Origin: Paraspadella gotoi
Taxonomy: Eukaryota > Animalia > Chaetognatha
Assembly: GCA_051294375.1 (NCBI GenBank)
Contig: JBJCIZ010000239.1
Coordinates: 4,593,834-4,657,833, forward strand
DNA: 64,000 nucleotides
Direction of reading: 5' to 3'
Below are positions 13,693 through 26,294 of this stretch, piece by piece. Numbering within the stretch: the stretch's first letter is position 1; each line of letters begins with the position of its first letter. The translations under genes were made by a program, and so were the position numbers. The notes beneath the pieces were generated by a model. The model ran no database searches, had not been told where the DNA came from, and saw only the letters and a program-made list of their open reading frames with translations.

Positions 13693-14026
13693 AGAGAGAG
13701 TAAGAGGGTAATGTGAAAGAGAAGGGGGAGAAGAGAGTAAGTTTGAGTTCAGAGAGGGATGTAAGTTTGAGAGAGAATCAAAAGAGAGAGAGAGAGAGAG
13801 TAGAAAGGTAAGTGAAAAAATCCTCCGGCGAAACTGGCGAGATCCGTTGGGGTTCATTTGAGGTGGGCCAGTTGGGTCAATGAAATGAAAGAATAAAAGA
13901 GGGCGCGAGAGAGGGAAGAGAGAGAGATGGAGAGAGAGAGAGAGAGAGAGAGAACGCGCGGGAAGGAAGCAAAGAAAAGAAGTCAATGAGAAGAGTAAGA
14001 GACAGCATTTAAAAGTAAAGAATCAG

Positions 14027-14029
<3 letters not shown>

Positions 14030-14060
<31 letters not shown>

Positions 14061-16300
14061 CTCTCTCTCGCTTCATCCGGATCAAATATCCTCCATCATA
14101 TAGAAGAGACTATAATAAGAATAATATCGAACAGGTCTTACGCGCTTCCACTAGAGTTTTACTTGTATGGTCATATAGAACGAGGGCGAGCAAGCATTAT
14201 ATAAAAGAACAGATTAATTCTGGTCGAATCAAAATAACGTCCTGTGAAAAAAAATAGGTACTTAACAAACTTATTTTTTATTATATGCAAAAATAATGTA
14301 TACATTTTTATTAAAATTTTAACTTATTCGTCCTTTTTCATTTTTTTTCCCTATGATGTAGCCTAATTGAATAGATAAATGAATTATATCAAAGGAGTTT
14401 ATTATTTGTCTAGTTTTCTGTTCCACGGAGTCAAATAATCGATTCTTCTTAATTAAAACTCAAAAAAATATTATTAAATATATTAACTAAGTTTTTTCTT
14501 CAACATATAATTTTTATTCCGCCTCTCTGATCATATTATGACTCCAGGGAATGAAATTTATCTCATTCCTATTGAATATTGCAGATGTCTATACAAAACA
14601 CTATAGCTTATTGGTCATTCTACAAATCTATCATGGCATACGACTATAAGTCTTCTGACAATTCATCTCTTCTTTCTATTCTTCACCTCCTATGCTCTCC
14701 ATCACTGGCGCGCTCAGTGGTTAGTTGCTGCTGAGGCCCATAACCCAGAGGTCGATGGATTTCGAAACCATCCGCTGCTTACAATTTTTCTTTTCACGCC
14801 ATCGAGGATTCATTTACTCCAATTCACGTCTACTCTACGTATAAGTATATCTGGATAGCCTAATCCGTCACCAGAGGGTAAACTTTAAGTATTACTTTCG
14901 ATTAGGGGTAGCCGTTCTACTTTCCAATGGGTTGCGTGAGTCCCAAAAATTTATTACATGAATTCATGCTCCAATCATGAATAACATTTTAAGTATACTT
15001 TTCCCGGGATGTTAATCAACCATTACATTCTTTTATTTATCCTGTTCCGGTCGGTCTCTATTACCTCTCTTTTATTCATTCTAATCTTTTTTTTTTCCCT
15101 TACCCTGCACATATTTACATTTAATCACATGGAAGGCCTCAGGGACGGAGAGATGGTTTTGTTAATGGTTAAACTTTGATAAAATTGAAAGATAATAAAA
15201 TACCCAAAAGATTTGTGAGGAGTAAAAATTGGGAGCTATTTCGAATAATTGGAAAAAGAAAAGAACAGGTAAAGATAGTGTGAGAATAAGACACAAAAAT
15301 TACGGAAGGATTCTTGTTTGTAATAAATAAAAGGATTAAGTATAAGAGAATAAAAAAGTAAAAGGTAAGGATAAACAAAAAATGGAGAAAAAAGAAAGAA
15401 AATTGGCAGAAAATTGGTGGAAAACAAGGGAGAATAGGAAAAGTATCAGACATATGGTGTATAGGCGAAATGAAATGTGTAAAATAGAAAGAAGAGAGAG
15501 AAATATGGATTAAGAAGATATATAGTAAGGCAATTGATCATGAAAAGCTGGGAAAAGAAAGGAAATGAGAAAAAAATACAGAAAAATCTGTGAAAAGAGA
15601 AGAATAGTAATTTAGTCAAGAAAATAGCATAGATCATGAAAATTAATAAATTCGAGTAGTAATATAAATATATACAAGTGTATAGAACAGAAAGAATAGT
15701 ATATAAAGCATTAATAATACCTTCCAAATATTGAATGATAAAGGAAGTCGGGTCGATATATTCAAGGAGCAGGCATCGGTTTGGCTGTTGCAGCCATAGC
15801 TTGCATGAGTGGTGGAGGATATGATTGAGGGTTGAATGAAAACTTGTTATATCTGGAGATCCTTTTAATAGAGATGGAATGGGCGAAGGTGCGTTGTGAA
15901 AGAAGAAAGAGCGGGGAGGAGAACTGACGAGTGAAGAAAGGCAGAAGTTGAAGGGGTAAAAAGAAGAGCGAGAAGGAAGAAAAAAGGAAAAACAAGGAGA
16001 GAGAATGAGAGAAGAAGGAAGAGAAAGAGAAGAAGGAAAAAAGAGAAAAACAATAAGAAGGCAGTAAGGAGAAATAGAAAAGTAAGAAGAGAGAGAATGA
16101 GCGAGGAAGAAGGAAAGAAAGAGAAGGAGGAAAAAGAGAGAGAATGAGAAGGAAGGAGGGGAAAGTGAGAAAGAGAATGAGAAGGAAGGAAAAATAGAAG
16201 GAAAAGGAGGAGACGAAATAATCGTTAAAAAAACCTAAATCGAAAGTGGCGGGGAAGAGGAAAAGGATAAATTTTCGGGGGGGGGAGGAGGTGGGGGGGA
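14030..16300. repeat. Noisy duplicate of 11781-13230 (probable gap-filling artefact)
   Basis: Colinear but indel-ridden copies of e.g. 'gtccgtgaaaaaaatag', 'ctagtttctgttccacgga' and the GA-rich block; followed by a 25-N gap at 16606-16630. Confidence 0.65.
14706..14779 (+). tRNA. Initiator tRNA-Met(CAT), 5' half garbled
   Basis: GCCCATAACCCAGAGGTCGATGGAT..CGAAACCATCC.CTGCT closely matches the eukaryotic iMet 3' half; oligo-T follows. Confidence 0.65.
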
Positions 16301-16776
16301 GCAAGTGGGGGTCGCGAAGTGCTCTTTGGGGGAAAGGGTCGTTACGGACTGGTTACTGAGCAATATATTAATCGCGAGAGAAGTGTTTATTAAAATTGTG
16401 GTGGAGCTTTGGGAAGATAATTGTTCTGAGCTTTTGGCTCCAAATGGAGAGAAGAGGGAACAATGACTCAGTTTCCTTTGCTGGGTTGGATTTGGGGCGA
16501 AGTGGGCGAAGTAGATATGAGAGAGAGAGAGAAGAGAGGACAGAGAGAAGAGAGAGAGAGAGGAGAGAGGAGAGAAGAGAGAGAGAGGAAGAGAGAGAGA
16601 AAGTCNNNNNNNNNNNNNNNNNNNNNNNNNAGAGAAAGTCACGAAGCAATAAATTTTTTTTTCAATTTTTTTATTATGTTTTGTTAAGATTTTACGGTTT
16701 TCTTAATGTCCCCAAAAAATTTCTTAATTTTTTTTCTTGGGCAAATTTACGTGTTAAAGGGGATTAACTGTATAGA

Positions 16777-17100
16777 CTTAATGTGTTTCTATTTCCAACG
16801 GACTAAATAGCAATACTATATTGGTCAATTATTTAAATCAGAATATAAATAAAGTAAACAAAAATGATATTTTTAACCAAAAAAAAAGACGTCTCTACTT
16901 GATTGAAGAAAACAAAATATAATGTTTTTTATTCTTATTGTCGAGATAAAAAATAATGAAATATTCAAGATAATTGTAATTATATTTCAGCGTACCATTT
17001 TTTTTTAATTGATTTTTACACATTTTATAGAAATAGAGTAAATGATATTTCCCGACGACGACGGAAAGGGGAGAGAGAGCGAGAGAGAGATGAGAGAGAG
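16777..17100 (+). repeat. Duplicate of 24532-24900
   Basis: Same sequence 'ttctatttccaacggactaaatagcaatactatattggtca...' with scattered indels; both copies lie just after 25-N gaps. Confidence 0.85.
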
Positions 17101-17474
17101 AGAGAGAAGAGAGATGAGTGAGAGAGAGAGAAAGAGAGGAGAATGATGATAAGGCAGCCGCTTTTGTTCGGCTTTTCAGTAGATCAGTGCCAATAATATT
17201 TATGTCATATTATGGCTATTCGTGGTAATATTTCGTCGAAGCTATTGGCAACTTTGTATGAACGAACAATGTTATTTAATAACAATTAATTTTAAATTAG
17301 ATAAAAATAATTACCAGCACGACAGAACATCTGTATACCTTACTGGAAACGAATTCAAATTGTTTTAATTAAATTATTAATACGTGGCGAAATAATAATG
17401 ACTTTTTGTATGATAAAGATAATAAGATCAAATACTAAATGATAAAAAATGTGACACAAATTAAAAGATTGGTA

Positions 17475-17552
17475 AGCATCGGCCGGGAATCGAACCCGAG
17501 GCCGCCCGCAGTGGCAGAGCAGAGAGCATTCTAAACACTGAACCACGATGGC
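17475..17552 (-). tRNA. tRNA-Gly(GCC), with indels
   Basis: rc contains GTGGTTCAGTG..TAGAATGCTC..CTGCCAC..GCGGGCGGCC..GGGTTCGATTCCCGGCCGATGC. Confidence 0.75.
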
Positions 17553-17816
17553 TGATTAATATTATTGCTGTCTTATTCCTAATATTATTCTTTATCAAAC
17601 TCATATAATTACTTGTTAGAAATCTGCTCATGAGTAGGTTTAACAATATGAAAATATATCCTTTCATTTTCATAAATAAGTTTGTTAAGTATTGGCGCTA
17701 CCATTAAGATTTAGTTATTACAAAATAATTAAAGAACTTTAACAAGAATTTTTTACATGAAAAATATCAATGTTAAAATTGAATTATAAAAAGTGATGAA
17801 AGATGTCCCATCACCT

Positions 17817-17903
17817 GGTAGCGTGGCCGAGTGGGCTCTAGGCGCTGGTTTAAGGCAACCAGTCTCTTTCGGAAGGCGTGGAGTTGAATTCCCACCGCTG
17901 CCA
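17817..17903 (+). tRNA. tRNA-Leu(AAG), with indels
   Basis: GGTAGCGTGGCCGAG..GGCGCTGGTTTAAGGC.ACCAGTCTC..CCCACCGCTGCCA with long variable arm; TTTTT terminator. Confidence 0.8.
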
Positions 17904-18132
17904 TTACTCTTTTTAAGCTTATCCAAAAATTTTTGTTTAGTGCGATAGAAGGGGAAAATTTTTTTACGATGATTGTTGTCAAGTAATTTTCAATATTTAG
18001 GAAATTTAGTAGCTGATATCTTTCTGCAGAATTGTTAATGAATTTATTGAACTGAACTTAATTTCTGTATATAATTGTTAGAGCCTCAATACTCTTTCAG
18101 AATTATTTCTTAAATGATATTGAGGTAATTCA

Positions 18133-18218
18133 TTGCGCGATGGCCGAGTGGGTTAAGGCGTTGGAACTTGAAATCCCAATGGGGAGTTTCCTGTAGGTTC
18201 GAATCCTGCTCGCAAGCG
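18133..18218 (+). tRNA. tRNA-Ser(TGA), with indels
   Basis: GCGATGGCCGAGTGG.TTAAGGCGTTGGA.CTTGAAATCC.AATGGGG..AGGTTCGAATCCTGCTCGCA; T6 terminator. Confidence 0.8.
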
Positions 18219-19038
18219 CACACTTTTTTGGATCGTTCTTTGTTTTTTTTATTATCAAATTTTAAAATCGAACCCGATATTTTTGCAATTAACTAAATAT
18301 CTTGCGGAATTGGGCTTAGATAAGGGGGGTACAAAACTACAAATTAATTCATCTTTAATGTATCGATTCTCCTGATACTGCAAAATGAAACATGACAATC
18401 TGGAAAAGCTATTGACTTTATGCATAGATTGATTTGCTATTTTAGGTGTGCAATAGAGCATAGTGAAAGTTTTACGTACGAAAATTCTAAATGTCAATTA
18501 ATTTGTAAAAAATAATTTTATATTCTTTCAATTTTTCAAAATAGCTTTCCTTAATTTTGATACAAGATTTGAATTCCTCGTCAAAAAGTTGATAAAAGAA
18601 TATAATCATTTTTAAAAATTCTGTTCATTTAGTGGGTAAAATTAAAAACTATATTTAGTGATATAAATTTTAATTTTCAGCTTAAAATATTAGGTTTTTG
18701 ATATATTTGATAAAACTTATGAAGAATTTTTAAAAAAGAGTTATATTTCTTCATATATCAACCTTTTCATGACGATGCCAAATCTGCAAAAAATCTTACA
18801 AAACTGTTTTAATTTAACTTTATTGGATTAGTAGTTAGTTATAATATGGCTTACTGCGTTAATTGTAATTTTATTATAAATTTTTTTATACATAAATGTT
18901 CATTGTTCATTGTATAATGTTTGTTCGTTCTCTCACTTTTAGATTTTTAAATTAGTTAAATTTAGATTTTTAACTAACGCTTTAGTAAGCTAACATAAGT
19001 CCTTTAGAAAACTATGACATGAAAACAAAAAAGAGGTA

Positions 19039-19111
19039 GGGCCAGTTGGGGATCGACCCGCGACCTTGGCGTTTTATTAGCACCACGCTCTAACCGCTGA
19101 GCTAACGGCCC
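19039..19111 (-). tRNA. tRNA-Ile(AAT), with indels
   Basis: rc GGCCGTTAGCTCAGCGGTTAGAGCGTGGTGCTAATAA..CGCCAAGGTCGCGGGTCGATCCCC..TGGCC. Confidence 0.8.
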
Positions 19112-19321
19112 CTATGTAAAGTTTCCACAAAAAAATATGTGAAAAATTTGATAAATGTCCATTTACTGTGATCAAATTAAGAAAATGAAATAGATAAGAT
19201 ACACAATAACATTAATACCTTACTTTGATTTTAAACACAGACTAATATATATAAGTAAATTTGTCGATGTATCAGTATAAGATGAAATAAAGCGTGACGG
19301 GCTAACGCACTGTCTTCAAGC

Positions 19322-19395
19322 GGTGCTGTGGTGTAGTGGTTATCACATCTGCCTAACACGCCAGAAGGTCCCCGGTTCGAAACCGGGCAGTACCT
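19322..19395 (+). tRNA. tRNA-Val(AAC)
   Basis: GGTGCTGTGGTGTAGTGGTTATCACATCTGCCTAACACGC.AGAAGGTCCCCGGTTCGAAACCGGGCAGTACC; acceptor stem pairs; oligo-T follows. Confidence 0.85.
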
Positions 19396-19783
19396 CTCTT
19401 TTTTATACAAATTTTAGAACGATAAGAAAACTTTTTTTAATAAATTGTTTCAGTTCCCATCGTCTTTTATTCTGTGGCAAAATGTTTATTCAAAAGGTGA
19501 AAACGCGTTGCTTTTTCTAGAACGCGATGGATGCTTTGCTTTATTATTGCCACGAGAAATGCGTAACAGAGAATAGTTATTCGTTGTTGACTCTTGGGGC
19601 AAGTCATTTTAGACAAAGACACTAAATATTGGCAGTCTTAGAATCTGACGGCGAGCAGGGATTGGCAACGAAAACCTCGTGAAGGACATTCGTTTCATGA
19701 GTTGGTCGCTCATATCATGAAAGATTTAGGGACTTTGACTGATTTGACTGAAGAATAGAAATTGGATCAGAGGAAAAAAAGGG

Positions 19784-19836
<53 letters not shown>

Positions 19837-20145
19837 ATTGTGTGTGTGTTGTGTGTTGTTTCTTCACATCAAGATTTCTCCTTAAATTCTTTTTATCCAA
19901 GAACTAAAATTACGCCGATTCAACTTCGGATTTTCAAGAATTATTTTGCGTCTGGATTCAGGACGGTTTTCCTCACGGACGCCATCAGAAGCGTCCTTTC
20001 TTAGTGATTCAGGTGATTATCAAATCTCATTCTTCTGTAGAGGAGATTGAAATTTATAATATATTTCAAAAGATATTTCAGTCTCTTATGATATATTAAT
20101 TTTTTTCATGATCGGATTGTTCTGTTGCAACCATTTCTTCGTCAA

Positions 20146-20217
20146 GCCGTGTAGTATAGTGGTTAGTAACTTCGCGTTGTGGCCGGCGACAACCCAGGTT
20201 GAATCCTGGTCACGGCA
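20146..20217 (+). tRNA. tRNA-His(GTG), with indels
   Basis: GCCGTG.AGTATAGTGGTTAGTA..TCGCGTTGTGGCCG.CGACAACCCAGGTT.GAATCCTGGTCACGGCA; oligo-T follows. Confidence 0.8.
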
Positions 20218-20429
20218 CCTTTTTTGTTTGCATTCTTTTATATTTTGTTTCAAGCTTCTCCGTTTTTCACCGCTTAAAATCTCTAAAAATTTCACGATAC
20301 GAAGTTTTAATAAAAAATAAATGTCAGATTTAGCTGCACCTGCTATTTTCAAAATATTAAATGCGAGTAGAATGCAAAAATTCGAATAGTACATGTGAAC
20401 ATTATAATAAAAGACATTTAATTTTTAAT

Positions 20430-20815
20430 TTTTTGCCATACGGCCTCACATTTTTTATACATAGTACTGTTCCACCATGAAATGTTAAAAATTTAAAATG
20501 TTTGTTTTCTTATTTTTAAAGCAGATTCGAATTCCGCTCACGACCTTTTTAGAAAATTATTTTTCATTTAAGTGGATCAAATCCTAAAAAATATTATTAT
20601 TTTAACCTATAATTAAATTTTTAATTAAAAAATATAGTTTTTTAATTTGGCTAAATTAATGAAATATTTTTTGATTAAGACATTATTATTTTCTTTTATA
20701 ACTTTTTTATGAGGAATTCGAATCTGGCTTTCAAAAGAACTAAGAAAATAAAAAAAATTTAACATTTTCTATGGTAAGTAGTCTTATGTTATAAAATATG
20801 GGCATATTGCGAAAA
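20430..20815. mobile_element. AT-rich foldback (MITE-like) element
   Basis: aaagcagattcgaattcc (~20520) is inverted relative to ggaattcgaatctggcttt (~20713), and flanking arms are also loosely inverted; ends undefined. Confidence 0.45.
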
Positions 20816-21162
20816 TTAAGAAAATTTTAACAAAACTTCATAATTAACTATTCCAAATTTTGATCTGCAACTTCCTTACGCCTTACTTTGGACATTGTAT
20901 GTTGACATAGCTGAACAAATTAGGGATCTAACCTTAGCGTGAGGTTAAAACTTTTATAATAAACGTTAGAAAGTTGGGCATAACTAAGAAAAAAATTAAA
21001 ATCTGTTTTTAGTAATTTGGGTAAAATATAACCTTGAGTAAAACTGAATAGAACTCCTGTCTGCATTCGTAGTCTATACAAATAAAAACAATTGAGTTTA
21101 ATTTTTTATTTTAACTTAATGAAAACTTTTTTCTCAAATGTTTTTTTTTAAAAGTTCTGCTC

Positions 21163-21246
21163 CGACGAGGATGGGATTCGAAGCCCACTGCGTGCAGATG
21201 CACATTGGAACAGTCCAACGCCTTACGCAACTGCGGCCACCTCGTC
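21163..21246 (-). tRNA. tRNA-Ser (GCT-type body), anticodon loop garbled
   Basis: rc GACGAGGTGGCCG..TAAGGCGTTGGACTG..CCAATGTGC.TCTGCACGC.GTGGG.TTCGAATCCCATCCTCGTCG matches the Ser-GCT family. Confidence 0.7.
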
Positions 21247-21570
21247 AGCTCGGGTTGTTTGAGCTTTTACTTCTACTTTTATATCTCAAAAAAATTTTTT
21301 CTAAAAATTTTTGCGTCATTTAAGTCTTGATTTTATTCATATCAAGTAGTAAATCTTTCGGTTTTTAATAGTAGGAAGCCTATGTATCAGCTGCTGAGAC
21401 AATGATAAATTTCAGATTAAATAATGAAAACATTCAGCGTTTTTAATGCCAAAAATGTATGTTCAGCTTGGGAATAAAAAAGACATGTTAATAGAAACAT
21501 CGAGCCTCTTTTCTATTTCTTTTCAATTTTGTTTCTGAACCAAAATTACTTCTTGAAAAACTAAAAACTA

Positions 21571-21643
21571 CGTCCTGGGTGGGCTCGAACCACCAACCTT
21601 TCGGTAAAACAGCGAACGCGCTAAACGATTGCGCCACAGAGAC
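21571..21643 (-). tRNA. tRNA-Asn(GTT), with indels
   Basis: rc GTCTCTGTGGCGCAATCG.TTAGCGCGTTCG.CTGTT..ACCGAAAGGTTGGTGGTTCGAGCCCACCCAGGACG. Confidence 0.85.
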
Positions 21644-22601
21644 CAGATATCAGCTTAGTTTTTAAAATTGTTTTATATTTTTAAATTTTGGTCATAGGGA
21701 GTTCTTAGTTATTTTCGGTTACTACTAGTAGAATGAAGCTCTCACCACGAATAAAATATTTATTTAAGTGACCGAATAAGGAATGATTAGAAGGTGAGAT
21801 AGCATGATTAACGAGTATCAAAATATTTTGCTCAAATTTTACAAACTTAATATGCTGAAAACGTTTTAAAATAACATTAAATATCATATAAACATATTTT
21901 TACAAAAAGATTCTTATTTTTAGCAATCTGTTTTTAAAATTTTCAATAATATTTTTTAAAATTTTATGAAAGAAAATAGATTTTGCTTAACTGTTTATGC
22001 TAAAAGTAAAAGTACATTTAAAACAAAAGGAGCAAAAAATAATGTTCCAATCGCTCATCTTTTCATCCCTCAACCCCTCTTGCATAGGTTTTTTTTTACG
22101 CGGGGCTCCAATTATCCGGCACAACAGCGCAGAGTCACCCATCCGGGTGATGACGCTATCGCCGACATCCGCCTTTGAGCCTGTGGGTCCGGTGGGAGAT
22201 GTGACGCATGGTTACGTTGTCATGTCACTTCTTTTTCAAACTGGGTTCCGAAAACAAGAAGCGGCATTCATGTAAGTGGTCGATCTGGCTTGGCGGATGA
22301 CAGGCAGCAGAGAATATGAAAAAATACTTATACGTTTGTTACAATAATAATATAAATTATTAGATAAAGACAATTGGACGAAGACGAATTTTACTTTCGA
22401 CGGACTGGGTTCTTTTTCTGTTATTATTTAAAATACAACGTAATTAAAATCTACTACACGAAAAATGAGAAAAAAAAATCATTGAATATCATTGTTTTTT
22501 TCATCTTTTAGAAATATTTACCTCCTGTTTTAGCTACTGGTTAAAAAATTTGTTTGTTCCCAGTCATATATATGAATACTAACAAATAAAAGGCTGTCAA
22601 A

Positions 22602-22673
22602 AGGCACAGTACGGCGGTTGCGAACGCCGTGTCTTCGGTTTACGAGACCACGCTACCACTTGGCCACTGCGCG
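22602..22673 (-). tRNA. tRNA-Thr(CGT), with indels
   Basis: rc GCGCAGTGGCCAAGTGGTAGCGTGGTCTCGTAAACCGAAGACACGG..TTCG..GTGCCT followed by TTTT. Confidence 0.75.
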
Positions 22674-24836
22674 AGGTGATATACGAATGACAGAGAAAAT
22701 GATTATAAACTGACAAGAATCATTTTTTTTGCAGATTTATCTTTAATTTTTATGGATTTCTTGTTTTGTTTTTATGTCTATTCGATGAAGAAGCGTTGAA
22801 TTCCTCGTAGCTCTCCTTGTTAATATAAAATATATATTGATTTGACATAAACTCATGATATCGAATAAGATATGCGCCAGTTGCCACTCGATCTTCAGCG
22901 CGCCGGGCTAGAGAGTTACAACCTCGAGTGAGAGTTGAGAGTTTAATCTAAGTGTGAGTAGGAATATTATTTTTTTGTGCTCAGCCATATGTCTAGAAGC
23001 CGAGTGTGTGTGTGTTCTCTATATGCGAAAATCAGCGATGTGGTGTGCGTGACGATACGTTAAGGAATACTTCCGTGTCACACTCTCTGAGAGTTGAGAA
23101 ATTAGACATTCGGTAAGTTATAAGAGTTAATACGAAACAAAATGGAGAATCCTAATTAATTAAGCCTGGTACCTAAGTATCTTTTCCAACGTTTACTGTT
23201 AATTTCGAGTCTTACCGTACTCATGATTACTACGACATCCTCAGATTACTTTTCTCTCCTCCTACATAGCTTGTTGCTGAGTGTCATGATACTCAGTCAC
23301 TCCGACGTTATTCATTCAAATTAGTTCCACAATATCTATTCTTTGCGACGAGAAAGACGTAATTGAAACTTTATTCCACTAGTACATGTCTTAATTGATT
23401 TATCACTGCCTATTACTGGCCGTTGGTTAACCTATCAAGCTTCTTTCATTATGGCACACGTGACTGATGGGATCTGACGTGCTCGCTGTCGGTTTCGGCT
23501 GATATCCGAGTTAGATACTGATTGACCTATGTTCGTACTGAGTCAGTTGACGGAGGTGGCAGTGAGAATGTTCGTCCGTCGTATATGTAAAGTAAAAAAT
23601 TACTATTAATTGTTAAAAAATCAGAGACTTCGTGACATTTTCTCGGGCCCCCGACTGCATCCTCTTCTAACTCCCCCCGATACAGTCTGTGGGTGTAAAT
23701 TCTTAATCCTTTTGACTATTCCGGGTTTCAGGGGCAGGTGATACCATAATCTAGAAATATTTTCCCACTACAATGCGGAATGCTTCATTGAATTGCACAC
23801 TTCCCCCACCTGTTCAGTCATATGATGTTGATCGTACCGATTTGCTCAGGTCTCAAATCATTGGTCGGCGGCGACCGCAGCCTCAGAGTTCGATTCTTGA
23901 AATGCTTCGTCCACTCGTAGACTCGGTGGGCTTCCGTTGTCCTCTCTCTGGGAACGTCGCCTCGTAAGGAAAACTTGTCGAACATTATGGTAAATAAATG
24001 TCGACTGGAATCACTTTGTTTCCGGTTTTTTCGTGGAGGAGTTTTTGGAACGCTGGTAAAAGGGGATTTGGAATTAAGAGTAAGGAATGTTCAAATTCAG
24101 GGTCATATAGCTTTGTTTTTTGAATGAAAAAATTTTTTTTTTTTTTTTTTTATTTTGTATATTAAGTTATATTTGTTTTTTTTAACTAACTTTTATTTAT
24201 TTATATGACAATTTCGTTAAACCTTACCTTCGAGAGTAAGTACGTAAGCCATCGCCCAAACGCGAAGGGCCTGGTTTTTGACAACCGTGTTTTAGTAATA
24301 TGTTGGTTCTTGCTCTTTGAAATAAAGTTTGATCTGGAAAAGTAATTCGTAGGTTAGGTTGAATTTTTATATCAATAAAATGAAAAGCAGAATTAACAGT
24401 AGATACTCAACACTTCCAAATAAAGTAGCATCCCACCTGTGACGTCTTCCCTTAATTCCAGAAAGAATCTCTCAAAAATTCGTTCGAATCTTTTTTTCAA
24501 AATGGANNNNNNNNNNNNNNNNNNNNNNNNNCTTAATGTTTCTATTTCCAACGGACTAAATAGCAATACTATATTGGTCATTATTTAAATCAGAATATAA
24601 ATAAAGTAAAAATGATATTTTTAACCAGAAAAAAAAGACGTCTCGTAATTGATTTGAAAGAATAACAAATATAATTTTTTTTTATTCGTATAATTGTCGA
24701 GAAATATAAAATAAATTAATATATTAATTCAAGTTAATGTAAATTCAATTTCAGCGTACCATATTTTTTTAATTTGATTTTTACACATTTTATTAGAAAT
24801 AGAGGTAACATGTATATTTCTCCGAGGACGACGAAC

Positions 24837-24896
<60 letters not shown>

Positions 24897-25060
24897 CAGA
24901 GAGAGAGAGAGGAGAGAGAGAAAGAGTAGAGCACCTTTTTCGGTTGTCAGTAGATAAGCCAATTTTTTGTATTTTCGTTATAAATTATTTTTGAAACAAA
25001 AATTAAAAAACAAACAAACCACAGATATGTGATAGATTTACGAAGAGAAGGTAGAGAAGA

Positions 25061-25154
<94 letters not shown>

Positions 25155-26063
25155 GGTCGGCATCGATTTCCTGTCACTGGTGGTTCGGTGTTGCCGTTGT
25201 CATTATGTGTCGACGACGACGACGAAGACGACGACGACGACGACAACGATGATGATGATGATGATACGGTTGTCTTTTGTAGTCGCCGTCAGTTGGCGCT
25301 GCAGCTGTATTGGTCAGCGCCGCAACGGGGGTCCGCAAACGGAATTCGGCACCGCGAGAGATTAACGGAGCTGGGCGTCGCTAGAAGAGAAGGGTTGATG
25401 AGAAGGTTTCAACGTCGACCGCTAGGAGGAGGGGGCGCAGCCGACCGTCGATGAGAAGTTTGATCTGCGGAAGAGAGAGAGAATGGGGAAGGGAAATTAT
25501 TTGAAGATAAGTTTTGTGATTAAACATTGTGATTAAACTTTCTTTCGTTGTGTGTTCAAATATTGAAGATAAGTTGAAAAATAGAGAGGAAAAGTAGGGA
25601 AGAAGAGTTGAAAAATAGAAAAAAAATTGAAATTGAAGAATATTTGAATAAAAGAAAGGAAATATATGTAGAGAAGAAAAGTTGGGAAATGGAAACTGAA
25701 TTTAAAAAAAGGAAAGTTAAAAAAATAAAGAGGGAATGTAGAAAAGAAAAGTTAAAAAAATAGAAAGAAAATGCGTAAACGAGAAGAAAGGAAAATTACA
25801 ATAACTAAAAAAAATATGGAAATAAGAAAATGTATCCAAGAAACAAAGAAGAAAAAATATAATAAGGACATTATTTAATAAAAAATAAGCAAAAAAAAAA
25901 ATAGCGAAGAAAAAAATATCGAGTTAGTATAGATAGGAAAGACGGAGAAACAGAGTCGAAGGAAATAAACAATACAATCGAGCGAAAGACAAAAAAAAAA
26001 AGAAAAAAAAAGAAAAAAGAAAAAAGAAAAAGAAAAAAAACATTTTCTATATCGTTTTCTTTT

Positions 26064-26294
26064 GGCCTTATTTTCCGAGAACGCCCCGTTTTATCTTAAA
26101 TTAAAAAGATCAATTTTTAATGATTAAAGAATAGGTTGAAGGCTAAGGTTAGAGATTGGGTTAAGGATTAAGGTTAGGGACTTGGTTAGTGATTACGGTT
26201 AGGGGGTTTGGGTTTAAGATAAATTAAGATTAAGTTAAATATTATGGATAAAAATAAAGGAACAAAAAGTCGGGCGCTCTGAGAAAAGAGAGCC
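26064..26294. mobile_element. MITE (GG..CC TIR family, TTAGGG-like interior)
   Basis: GGCCTTATTTTCCGAGAACGCCCCG ... CGGGCGCTCTGAGAAAAGAGAGCC; GTTTTCT occurs on both flanks (imperfect TSD). Confidence 0.7.

Noticed and set aside
11017-16767. Phe/Ser/Leu-rich and Lys/Glu/Arg-rich ORFs
   Set aside because: Poly-purine/pyrimidine tracts in duplicated, noisy sequence.
23729-23850. Faint resemblance to U1 snRNA (caggggc..gataccat..ttttccca..attgcac)
   Set aside because: No ATACTTACCTG 5' end and no Sm site; the similarity is patchy and lies in error-rich sequence.
25029-25466. GC-rich block with a 141-aa + ORF and a minus-strand acceptor
   Set aside because: The ORF is built on (AG)n and (GAC)n; all minus frames stop early. 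At most a UTR exon.
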